64,000 bases of DNA, from the IMG/VR virus record IMGVR_UViG_3300032397_000008, positions 19,040 through 83,039 of that record. One strand, written 5' to 3'. Made by a program: the position numbers and the translations under genes. This DNA is from a virus. Below the pieces are notes generated by a model. It was not told the origin of the DNA. It saw only the letters and a list, made by a program, of their open reading frames with translations, and made no database searches. Shown in pieces: positions 17,591 to 25,094 of this stretch (the first letter of the stretch is position 1; each line of letters starts with the position of its first letter).

Positions 17591-17703
17591 ATTTACCGTG
17601 TCTCTCGCCGAGCGGTGGCAGCGGACGTTGTGCCAAAGCCGAAGCAGCAGCGGGCGTACAAGGCTGCATCAGTGGTCTACGCTGCTGGCATGGTAATCCA
17701 TTT

Positions 17704-17775
17704 GCCGATACCTCCAGCGAGGGATCGAGTTCTGTAAACTTGGTCAGGTCGGGGCAGCACCGACTTTCGGCTCCA
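17704..17775 (+). tRNA. tRNA-Thr(TGT)
   Basis: CGAGT-TCTGTAA-ACTTG; CCA. Confidence 0.7.
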
Positions 17776-17776
17776 C

Positions 17777-17850
17777 GGGCCGATAGGCTAGGAGCAAACT
17801 GCGTCTCTCACACAGACGATTCCCTGGTGCGATTCCAGGTCGGCCCACCA
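17777..17850 (+). tRNA. tRNA-Val(CAC)
   Basis: CGTCT-CTCACAC-AGACG; CCA. Confidence 0.8.
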
Positions 17851-17851
17851 C

Positions 17852-18082
17852 TTACTCAGCAGGAGGGAGAGGGACCTTGCTTGTCCAGGGGTCTTCGACA
17901 ACCTTGATTTCAACAACGGACCCGCCAGTTGCTTGCTCGATTTTCGCTTCTAGTTCAGCGCAGAGGGAGTATTTGTCGGCGGGGGTGACTCGATCTGCCA
18001 TTCCAGCTTGCGGTGCGAACTCCAGTGTCAACCTGACCTTCATGCTTACTCCTTGGGTGGCCTTGGGACTTTTGATTTTCAA
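17852..18082 (-). CDS. Hypothetical protein
   Basis: Last ORF of a tightly coupled minus-strand trio. Confidence 0.5.
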   Translation of the reverse strand: MKIKSPKATQGVSMKVRLTLEFAPQAGMADRVTPADKYSLCAELEAKIEQATGGSVVEIKVVEDPWTSKVPLPPAE

Positions 18083-18270
18083 GCGTTGAGAGCGGGGTGC
18101 TCTGGCAGCATGGACGCTAGTTTTTGGGCATCTTTCCCCTGAATTACCATGATGACGTTTACATCGTGCCCCGTAATCAATACCGTGCCATCAGCCAGCC
18201 GTGAGAATCCGAATGGGCGAGTTGCCGGGATGTTACCACCGTATTGTTTAGCTGCCTCTTTCCAGTTCAT
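18079..18270 (-). CDS. Hypothetical protein
   Basis: Coupled ORF with AGGAG upstream. Confidence 0.6.
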   Translation of the reverse strand: MNWKEAAKQYGGNIPATRPFGFSRLADGTVLITGHDVNVIMVIQGKDAQKLASMLPEHPALNA

Positions 18271-18272
18271 AT

Positions 18273-18911
18273 TTACTCCTTGGGAGGTTTCGGAACTTTG
18301 CTCACCCAGGTAAGCTTTTCACTGCTACCTTTTGGTTTGCGGGTGGTTGGATAATACTTAGGATTTTCTTTGACGTGGTCACTTGCTATCTTGGATGCCT
18401 TTCTAGGGTCCTCAGTATGTTCCTTTTCAATCTTGGTTCCGATCGTCATCTGTTGTTTTTTGGATTCAACCCGACGATCCATTCGTAATTCTTTGCCGGG
18501 TGGCATGAATCCGGTAAGGTGACGGGTACGGCGGGCGCTGGGAGATAGTTCTGCGGAACCAGGGTTTATCGGTATTTCTTCCTCTTCGGGTTCGAGCGCT
18601 GGAAAAGTGCATTCAATTTCCGGTGGGGTTGGTGCTTCTGGCACTTCCGGTTCGCCCGGCAGCATGCCTTGGGTCCCGTCTCCAGCGAGTGAGTCACCCG
18701 TAGGAGGGCCGATCATGAGTCCATGGGTGCGGCTGGCTGCTACTTTGCGACTGATATTCCGCGGCGGGATCATCATTCCAACGGTGTCTCCGAATGAATT
18801 TCCAGTGCCGGTATCGGATGGCAGTCCCATTGCTTCGTCTATGCTTGGTTTCGGTACCATGCTTACAGCAATTTCACGAGGCGAGAAATCGTTAAAAGGA
18901 TAGTCATTCAT
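18273..18911 (-). CDS. DUF5661-like domain protein
   Basis: GTKIEKEHTEDPRKASKIASDHVKENPKYY. Confidence 0.65.
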   Translation of the reverse strand: MNDYPFNDFSPREIAVSMVPKPSIDEAMGLPSDTGTGNSFGDTVGMMIPPRNISRKVAASRTHGLMIGPPTGDSLAGDGTQGMLPGEPEVPEAPTPPEIECTFPALEPEEEEIPINPGSAELSPSARRTRHLTGFMPPGKELRMDRRVESKKQQMTIGTKIEKEHTEDPRKASKIASDHVKENPKYYPTTRKPKGSSEKLTWVSKVPKPPKE

Positions 18912-18928
18912 GCCTTAACTACTCTCTT

Positions 18929-19002
18929 GGGGTGCTAGTTTAACAGCAGAATGCTCGATTGACGTTCGAGCGATATCGGTGCGATTCCGGTGCGCCCTAC
19001 CA
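18929..19002 (+). tRNA. tRNA-Val(GAC)
   Basis: CTCGA-TTGACGT-TCGAG; CCA. Confidence 0.85.
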
Positions 19003-19008
19003 TTTTTT

Positions 19009-19083
19009 GCCTCCGTAGTGAAACAGATATCACGCAAGTCTTCGAAACTTGAAGTGCTGGTGCGACTCCAGCCGGGGGTGCCA
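19009..19083 (+). tRNA. tRNA-Arg(TCG)
   Basis: CAAGT-CTTCGAA-ACTTG; CCA. Confidence 0.85.
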
Positions 19084-19094
19084 TTTGTATACAT

Positions 19095-19178
19095 GCCAGC
19101 GTGGTTAACGGGGAAGAGCAGACCCATCTGAATTAGAATCAGACAGCCTTGAAGGTGCAATTCCTTTCGCTGGCACCA
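19095..19178 (+). tRNA. tRNA-Leu(TAG), atypical
   Basis: TCTGA-ATTAGAA-TCAGA; expanded D region; short variable loop. Confidence 0.75.
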
Positions 19179-19207
19179 TTTTTCGTAGTCGTAGTTAAGG
19201 CGTGACC

Positions 19208-19291
19208 GCCCGTGTGGTCTAGGTGAGAAAAGCACATCGCACCGGCTTAAACCCGGCGACTTTGCAGGTGCAAGTCCTGTCACGGGCACCA
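19208..19291 (+). tRNA. tRNA-Leu(TAA), atypical
   Basis: CCGG-CTTAAAC-CCGG; expanded D region; short variable loop. Confidence 0.75.
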
Positions 19292-19299
19292 ATTTTAAG

Positions 19300-19620
19300 A
19301 TGAATGCTGATCTGATAGTGGTTCTGTTGCTGGAAACTGATTTGGTCCATAAGACCACAGTGAAGTTCTGGAATCTCTATAACGCTTTGCCTGAGGAGAT
19401 TCAAGCCATAGCGAATAAGCAGTTTGCCCTGCTTAAGCAGAATCCTCTGCATCCGAGTCTGCATTTCAGAAAATTGCCTGACAGGGGGCTGTGGGAAGCT
19501 TACGTAACGAACCAAGGAGTGGCCTATAGGGCATTTGCAAGACCTTTAGGACAAGGCAGTTACGAATGGTTTTTTATTGGAACTCATCGGGAAGCTGAAA
19601 GATTTTTACGAAGTTTGTAA
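19300..19620 (+). CDS. RelE/ParE-superfamily toxin-like protein
   Basis: FWNLYNALPEEIQ...LLKQNPLHPSLHFRKL...W...YRA...WFFIGTH. Confidence 0.75.
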   Translation: MNADLIVVLLLETDLVHKTTVKFWNLYNALPEEIQAIANKQFALLKQNPLHPSLHFRKLPDRGLWEAYVTNQGVAYRAFARPLGQGSYEWFFIGTHREAERFLRSL

Positions 19621-19626
19621 TTTTTG

Positions 19627-19655
19627 TTGACAAGATCACCTTGGTGTGGCAAATT
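19627..19655 (+). promoter_or_regulatory. Early-type sigma70 promoter
   Basis: TTGACA-17-CAAATT with TGTGG before the -10; same architecture as 52057-52085 on the minus strand. Confidence 0.55.
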
Positions 19656-19661
19656 GATGAT

Positions 19662-19901
19662 ATGAAAACAGAGACAAAACTGCTGACCGAAGAAGATATC
19701 AAGGCGTTGAAAGCGATCAACGAGTCTCAATCCTCCTGGAAGGAGAAGTTTTTCAATGAGCTAGAAGAAATCGGCAAGCGGGAGGCAGCTCGTCGGCCAG
19801 GGGAGAAGATTTCAATGGCGGATGTGCAAGCGGAGTTTTCCCAGTACGATGACTCTGGACTGACTTTGGAAGAGGGGTTTGCCAGGTTGGCAAAAGTGTG
19901 A
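19662..19901 (+). CDS. Small acidic protein, candidate antitoxin
   Basis: 79-aa acidic ORF directly after the RelE-like gene. Confidence 0.45.
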   Translation: MKTETKLLTEEDIKALKAINESQSSWKEKFFNELEEIGKREAARRPGEKISMADVQAEFSQYDDSGLTLEEGFARLAKV

Positions 19902-19917
19902 TTTTCCGTTGCCGAAT

Positions 19918-20006
19918 TGCGGGGACAGGCCGGAGGACGCCAATCCGGCTCATAACCGGAGCCTCGAAAGAGACTATGGGTGGTGCAACGCCATCCCCCG
20001 CAACCA
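19918..20006 (+). tRNA. Initiator-like tRNA-Met(CAT) with long variable arm
   Basis: TGCGGGG/CCCCGCA-ACCA acceptor; TCCGG-CTCATAA-CCGGA; extra CTC-GAAA-GAG arm. Confidence 0.7.
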
Positions 20007-20016
20007 ATTTACAAAT

Positions 20017-20643
20017 ATGCCACTACGAGCACAAGAGTTGAAACAGTTCGCCGGTCCACTTTTTATTGAAACTGGGGCGTGGGACGGAGAGGGGGTTGTT
20101 GAAGCCTTGAATGCTGGATTTGAAAAAGTCATTTCCATCGAGGCTGGAGAAGGCAAGTATCAGCATTGTGTAAAACGTTTTCAAAACGACCCACGAGTAA
20201 TGATGGTTTATGGCACGTCGCAAGACCAGCTATGGCACGTGATTAAAGACATTACGATTCCGGTTGTGGTTTATCTTGACGCTCACTACTGTGGGGATAC
20301 CGGGTACGGTTCTTGTGCCCTCGGTTCCCCGGTTAGTGAGGAATTGGCAATTCTTGCGCGACACCCAATACGATGTCACACCATCTTGATCGACGACATA
20401 CGCTGTTTCAAGGATGGTGACTGGATGTTTGATGAGTTTTTGAAAGACGAGGCTGTCGAAGCTCTTGAAGCGAAGATTCGACAGATTAACCCCGATTACA
20501 CTATCAGTTATCTGGATGGCCGATTTCCTGACAAGTTCAATAATCCGACCGTGTTTCTTGAAGATGTGTTGATGGCGCAAGTTTTAGCTGACTGTGCCGG
20601 ACCGGAAGGTAAGGTGGCAAAGCTTGCTACGGCAGCCCGCTAA
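20017..20643 (+). CDS. Putative SAM-dependent methyltransferase
   Basis: FIETGAWDGEG, VISIE, YLDAH, ILIDD. Confidence 0.7.
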   Translation: MPLRAQELKQFAGPLFIETGAWDGEGVVEALNAGFEKVISIEAGEGKYQHCVKRFQNDPRVMMVYGTSQDQLWHVIKDITIPVVVYLDAHYCGDTGYGSCALGSPVSEELAILARHPIRCHTILIDDIRCFKDGDWMFDEFLKDEAVEALEAKIRQINPDYTISYLDGRFPDKFNNPTVFLEDVLMAQVLADCAGPEGKVAKLATAAR

Positions 20644-20693
20644 GCTGATCGCACCCGCAAGGGTGTCTGGAGCGTTACCAGTGCCTTCCGCCA
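20604..20693 (+). tRNA. tRNA-Ser(GCT)
   Basis: CAGC-CCGCTAA-GCTG; long variable arm; CCA. Confidence 0.8.
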
Positions 20694-20698
20694 ATTTT

Positions 20699-20792
20699 AG
20701 CCTCGTGATGTAACAGTGAACATGGCGGCCCTATAAGCCGTGAAGCCCTAGATTTGGGCGCTATCTCGGTGCAAATCCGGGCGAGGCTACCA
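20699..20792 (+). tRNA. tRNA-Ile(TAT) with long variable arm
   Basis: GCGGC-CCTATAA-GCCGT; GCCC/GGGC variable stem; CCA. Confidence 0.75.
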
Positions 20793-20809
20793 TTTTTGTT
20801 CTTAACCGT

Positions 20810-21283
20810 ATGGATACGCACTACAAAATCATGGATATAGGCAGGCTGGACTTCTTGCGGGGTACAATGCCACAGGGTCTTGTAGTGACGAATGGGTGCT
20901 TCGATTGTCTTCATGCCGGGCACGTGGACTATCTGGAGAGGGCCAGGAGCCTCGGTAAAATGCTGATTGTCGGATTGAACGGCGACGATGCGGTTACTGT
21001 TCTAAAGGGAGCGGGCCGTCCGATTAACAAGGAGACGGACCGAGCCAGGGTTCTGGCAGCTCTTGAATGTGTTCACTTTGTAATTATTTTTCAGGACGTC
21101 AGGGCGACCGAGTTCATTCGAATCGCTAAGCCGGAGATTTATGTCAAGGGCGGGGACTATACATTGGAGACCCTTTACCCGCCTGAGCGAGAGGCCGTAG
21201 AGGCAGCGGGGGGTAGGATCGTCATTCTTCCGCTCTCTAAAGGGTACTCCACGACTGAAATGATCAAACGAATTGCCAGGTAG
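20810..21283 (+). CDS. RfaE/HldE-type adenylyl/cytidylyltransferase
   Basis: TNGCFDCLHAGH, LKGAGRPIN, YVKGGDY, GYSTT. Confidence 0.9.
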   Translation: MDTHYKIMDIGRLDFLRGTMPQGLVVTNGCFDCLHAGHVDYLERARSLGKMLIVGLNGDDAVTVLKGAGRPINKETDRARVLAALECVHFVIIFQDVRATEFIRIAKPEIYVKGGDYTLETLYPPEREAVEAAGGRIVILPLSKGYSTTEMIKRIAR

Positions 21284-21348
21284 CTCAATAGTAGAGCGAC
21301 ACGCTGTTAACGTGAGGGTTGTGGGTGCAAGTCCTACCCTGGCAGCCA
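21274..21348 (+). tRNA. tRNA-Asn(GTT), second copy
   Basis: CACG-CTGTTAA-CGTG; CCA. Confidence 0.85.
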
Positions 21349-21349
21349 T

Positions 21350-21433
21350 GAGCATGTGGTTTACCCAGAATAGCAGATGGACCAGATCGAGAATCTGGAA
21401 GCCTTGGGAGTGCAAGTCTCCCCATGCTCACCA
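21350..21433 (+). tRNA. tRNA-Leu(GAG), atypical
   Basis: CCAGA-TCGAGAA-TCTGG; expanded D region; short variable loop. Confidence 0.75.
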
Positions 21434-21442
21434 ATTTATTAA

Positions 21443-21521
21443 ACCGCTGAAGCCACAGTAGACGGGCAACCGACTTTTAATCGGTCTATTCGTGAGGCTG
21501 CAACTGCCTCCAGCGGTACCA
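21443..21521 (+). tRNA. tRNA-Lys(TTT)
   Basis: ACCGA-CTTTTAA-TCGGT; CCA. Confidence 0.85.
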
Positions 21522-21528
21522 TTTTCAT

Positions 21529-21606
21529 AGCCACGTGGGAGAGTAGTCGAATCCAACCGCCTTTGAAGCGGTAAAGCCGTTGGTGCAAATCCAACCGTGG
21601 CCGCCA
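21529..21606 (+). tRNA. tRNA-Gln(TTG)
   Basis: ACCGC-CTTTGAA-GCGGT; CCA. Confidence 0.85.
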
Positions 21607-21652
21607 CTTTTCACTTGACACAATCCCCAAGAACGCACATCATCAAAACTAT

Positions 21653-21817
21653 ATGGGTAAAACATGGCATGGGTCAAAAGGCCCTGGATACGAGCACTGG
21701 TTAGCACAACCTAGAAACCGTGGTGCGGCTATTCCAAACAAGTTTCGCAAAAAACTAATTCACCGAAAAGAACGGCGAGCCGTTCACCGGCAAGTGGAAA
21801 GAGAATTTGATGACTGA
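21653..21817 (+). CDS. Small basic protein (54 aa)
   Basis: MGKTWHGSKGPGYEHW...HRKERR; TTGACA at 21616; overlaps the HNH start. Confidence 0.6.
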   Translation: MGKTWHGSKGPGYEHWLAQPRNRGAAIPNKFRKKLIHRKERRAVHRQVEREFDD

Positions 21818-22382
21818 CGTATTGGACGAAAAGTGTCTGGTTCTTAATCGAGTTTGGCAGGCGATTGGTGAGACCAGTGTGCGTGTTGCGATGTGCGATA
21901 TCGTTCGCGAGTCGGCAACTGCAATTGATACGGAGACCATGACTCCCATGCGCACGGAAGAGTGGTTTTCTCTGCCCATTCGTCCTATCGACAAGTTTTT
22001 ACGGCTGACCCGGGACCGGCGAGTAAGGGTGCCCACTGTAATCAGCCGAATAGGTTATGACAAGATGCCAATGAAGCCCCCGCGTCTTGACAAGAAGAAT
22101 CTTGTGGATCGGGACAAGAATGCTTGTCAGTACTGCGGCCAGGTGCATCGGATCGATCATCTGAACATGGACCACGTCCTACCGAGGTCTCGGGGCGGCA
22201 ATAAGACTTGGAAGAACATCGTATCGTCCTGTGTTCCTTGTAATAGCAAGAAGGCTGATAAGACTCCCGGAGAGGCAGGCATGCGTCTCATCAAAATACC
22301 AAAGGAACCTGCCCGTAAGCCGGTTGTCGCTTCCATTCGAAAGCGTCCGGACCGCCCAGAGTGGGATTCCTTTCTAATTTGA
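21810..22382 (+). CDS. McrA-like HNH endonuclease
   Basis: CLVLN, CQYCG, DHVLPRSRGG, NIVSSCVPCNSKK. Confidence 0.9.
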   Translation: MTDVLDEKCLVLNRVWQAIGETSVRVAMCDIVRESATAIDTETMTPMRTEEWFSLPIRPIDKFLRLTRDRRVRVPTVISRIGYDKMPMKPPRLDKKNLVDRDKNACQYCGQVHRIDHLNMDHVLPRSRGGNKTWKNIVSSCVPCNSKKADKTPGEAGMRLIKIPKEPARKPVVASIRKRPDRPEWDSFLI

Positions 22383-22709
22383 TGCCTGTCGATTGTAGAC
22401 AATTCTCCGTCATAGTGAGGATTTTGTGTGTATACGTCTACGGTGTGACGCTGTAGTTACTCTGGATGCACAACACGTTAGAGTATGGATCAAGAGGGTG
22501 CCAATGCCAGCTCTGTGTGCCGAACTTGGACGTTGTGGAAATAGATACGCCCCGATCACTGGATCGGGGCGTGGATACAAAACCACAGCGTTCGTTTCAG
22601 GAACGCAGAATAACTACGCAAGCATTTTTGGAGGTTTGCAGAATCCTCCAAATGCCCGTGCCCGGAGTCTTTAACTGACCGATTAGTGACTGTCAGGCCA
22701 CTCGGACAG

Positions 22710-23567
22710 CTAGGAACTTACAATTTGACCGTGGTGGTCGCTGTTCAAGCCAGTGACCGATGCCACGGGTGAATCCAGGTAGCACTGGATTATCTTAGTT
22801 TCCAATTCTGGAAGCGGCCTTCGACCATGAAGTTCGGAGAAACAACCCGAGCGGATAGCTTTCTCGTCGACTTTAGTAATTTGGCCTGTGCCAAAAGCCA
22901 TTCGATCCTGACGGCGCTCAAACTGGTCTGATGACCACCACGGAGGTATGTCCATAACCGGTACTACTTTCTTAGCGATAGCGTAGGTTAAGATAGCTTC
23001 GTCGATTCCCCATCTATCCCCCTCTTTGGCTTGTTCATAGAGCAATTTGTAGTCTTCGTGGTAAATTCGTCGGATGTATTCTGGAAAAGTGGGGGTTGGG
23101 TTTACTACTTTTTTCCATATACGTGACTTAGCTGTAGCATAGGCGGTGGTGTAGTACGGGTAAGGGTAGTTTCCGCTCCATTTCGGCCCCAAACAAATAG
23201 CGTGCATCGCATCATCAGCAGGCCCTTCAATCATTTTTAACAAGTGGTCAGATAATGGGACATTGTCAATGCCACAGATCAAGACGACTTCATCGTCTGA
23301 AAATTGGCAGGCACCCCATAGTAGTCCCGCTGATGGTTTCCAGTTTCGATCCGGGTAATGGATAAGGTCTGAGTCGCTATCGGTTTGTCTGACTTCTCCA
23401 AACTCAGTCGATAACTTTAAGGCATCCAGAGATTCCTGTGTTCCTACGTAGAGTAGCACTGGGTCCAGGCCGAGCTTTTGTTTAAAGACTCGGGAGTTCC
23501 AGTACCAGTAACCTGTGTAGCTAGGATTGGAATCCAGGCAGAAAAGGACTTTGTCGATTTTCACCAA
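22710..23567 (-). CDS. Hypothetical protein, possibly glycosyltransferase-like
   Basis: 285-aa ORF; GID and WGIDE motifs. Confidence 0.5.
   Translation of the reverse strand: MVKIDKVLFCLDSNPSYTGYWYWNSRVFKQKLGLDPVLLYVGTQESLDALKLSTEFGEVRQTDSDSDLIHYPDRNWKPSAGLLWGACQFSDDEVVLICGIDNVPLSDHLLKMIEGPADDAMHAICLGPKWSGNYPYPYYTTAYATAKSRIWKKVVNPTPTFPEYIRRIYHEDYKLLYEQAKEGDRWGIDEAILTYAIAKKVVPVMDIPPWWSSDQFERRQDRMAFGTGQITKVDEKAIRSGCFSELHGRRPLPELETKIIQCYLDSPVASVTGLNSDHHGQIVSS
22731..22766. repeat. 36-nt repeat, copy 2
   Basis: Identical to 10169-10204. Confidence 0.9.
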
Positions 23568-23629
23568 CAGTAAGAACTATTTTGGGTTCATAGAATAGTA
23601 GGCAGTGAGTAATATGCTAATGTAGACAT

Positions 23630-23884
23630 ATGCGTAATTTCAAAGTTGATCCTTTTTATGAGGGACCCAGGTCAAAGGTTTGGCCAAGGAACAAAGTGTA
23701 TACGCTCAAGGAAGTAGATGATCGATGCAGAAAAACCAACGCTTACCTGGAAATATCGGGTCAGCGTCGCTACTTCATCAAGGACTCGCGGCGTCGGGTA
23801 ATCACTAGGCTGGTTACAACTACACGACAGGCCAGTAGCCACGTTGAACCAGAGAGTGTCAAAGCCTACGTTGTCGTAGCATGA
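23630..23884 (+). CDS. Hypothetical protein
   Basis: 84-aa ORF. Confidence 0.45.
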   Translation: MRNFKVDPFYEGPRSKVWPRNKVYTLKEVDDRCRKTNAYLEISGQRRYFIKDSRRRVITRLVTTTRQASSHVEPESVKAYVVVA

Positions 23885-23965
23885 ACGCATTCCTTGATCG
23901 AATAGGAACGAGTGATTGTGGCGCTTGGGTAGGGGAGGGTATGCCCATTTTTGTAGACGTATTCC

Positions 23966-25024
23966 ATGAAAATTTCTAAAATCGGTTCCTGGGTTTTCGG
24001 TTCTAAGAGTAAAGACAAATCTTTAAGCGACTGTGACACAGCTATGACAAATATATCCGGTTACTTCAACTCGAACCCCTGGCCGTTGATCCTGTGGGTT
24101 TCAGAACTTAACCTTCAAATTCAGGTGGCTGCCGCACCGCCCAATCGGTTCGTGCAGGACGATAGAGGCAATCGTATAAACGATCCAATTTTGGACAAGT
24201 ATTGTGGCCAGAAAATGCTGCAACGCGAGGTGAGTCAGGAACCAGTTCCTATTCTGTTGTTTACCCGCAATCCGGCCGCAGCCAAGAGCGATGAGCGTAA
24301 GTCTCCAGTCTCATCTGTGAAAGCGTTTGCCAGAGATTCCCAAGGGCGCACAGTCGCCGTTCCAAATGACGTTCCAGAGACGATTCCGGCCGTGCCTTTG
24401 GTGTCTACCAATCCGGTTAGGGGCCTTACCATTGAGCAGGCTCGTAAGGCGGGTCTCGCTCGTCCTACCAAGCTGGTGCCAGAAGACTTCGGTGCTCCAG
24501 AGACAGCAGGTGCTCCTACACGTGGTCAGATTATTCCGACGATAGAGTACGCTCAAGACCTGGGACCCCGGGCGGTCAAGGCACTCAAGCTTAATGAAGA
24601 ACTTACCCGTCCTCTAGCTTCTGTCGCTTCTCAGCCGGCTCGTCAGGCCGTTCTAAGGGCGTTGCACGAAGGTGTTGGGTATGATCCCGATTCACCTGAC
24701 TTGCCAGAGATCGTGACTCGTAGAAAGAATATCGGTTTGCCGTCCCCGGTACAAGACGAGCGCCGTGTGGCACCGTACAAAGCTCCTGTCGAGGCTCCTC
24801 TTCCTGAGCCCATGCTGGAAGAAACTATTCCCCCGCCTGCGGTTCCGGTTCCGGTTAGTCTCAAGTTCCAACCGTTTGTATGTCTGGCGGATGGAAAAGG
24901 GTTCCCGAATCGGGAACAGCTTCTGATCTATATTACTGAGACGTTTCCTGACAGTGTAGCCGAGCTGATGGAGCCCTATCCGGCTATTCCCAAGAAGCGC
25001 CCGCGTAATCCTGCGCTACCGTAG
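23966..25024 (+). CDS. Pro-rich hypothetical protein
   Basis: 352-aa ORF. Confidence 0.6.
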   Translation: MKISKIGSWVFGSKSKDKSLSDCDTAMTNISGYFNSNPWPLILWVSELNLQIQVAAAPPNRFVQDDRGNRINDPILDKYCGQKMLQREVSQEPVPILLFTRNPAAAKSDERKSPVSSVKAFARDSQGRTVAVPNDVPETIPAVPLVSTNPVRGLTIEQARKAGLARPTKLVPEDFGAPETAGAPTRGQIIPTIEYAQDLGPRAVKALKLNEELTRPLASVASQPARQAVLRALHEGVGYDPDSPDLPEIVTRRKNIGLPSPVQDERRVAPYKAPVEAPLPEPMLEETIPPPAVPVPVSLKFQPFVCLADGKGFPNREQLLIYITETFPDSVAELMEPYPAIPKKRPRNPALP

Positions 25025-25039
25025 CCGCCGCCTCAACTC

Positions 25040-25075
25040 GTGGTGGTTGCTGTTCAAGCCAGTGACCGATGCCAC
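25040..25075. repeat. 36-nt repeat, copy 3
   Basis: One C>T difference from copy 1. Confidence 0.9.
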
Positions 25076-25094
25076 TCATGGTAGAAGTACACAC

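Noticed and set aside
10169-25075. CRISPR array built from the 36-nt repeats
   Set aside because: Copies are kilobases apart with no spacer periodicity, and no cas gene is visible.
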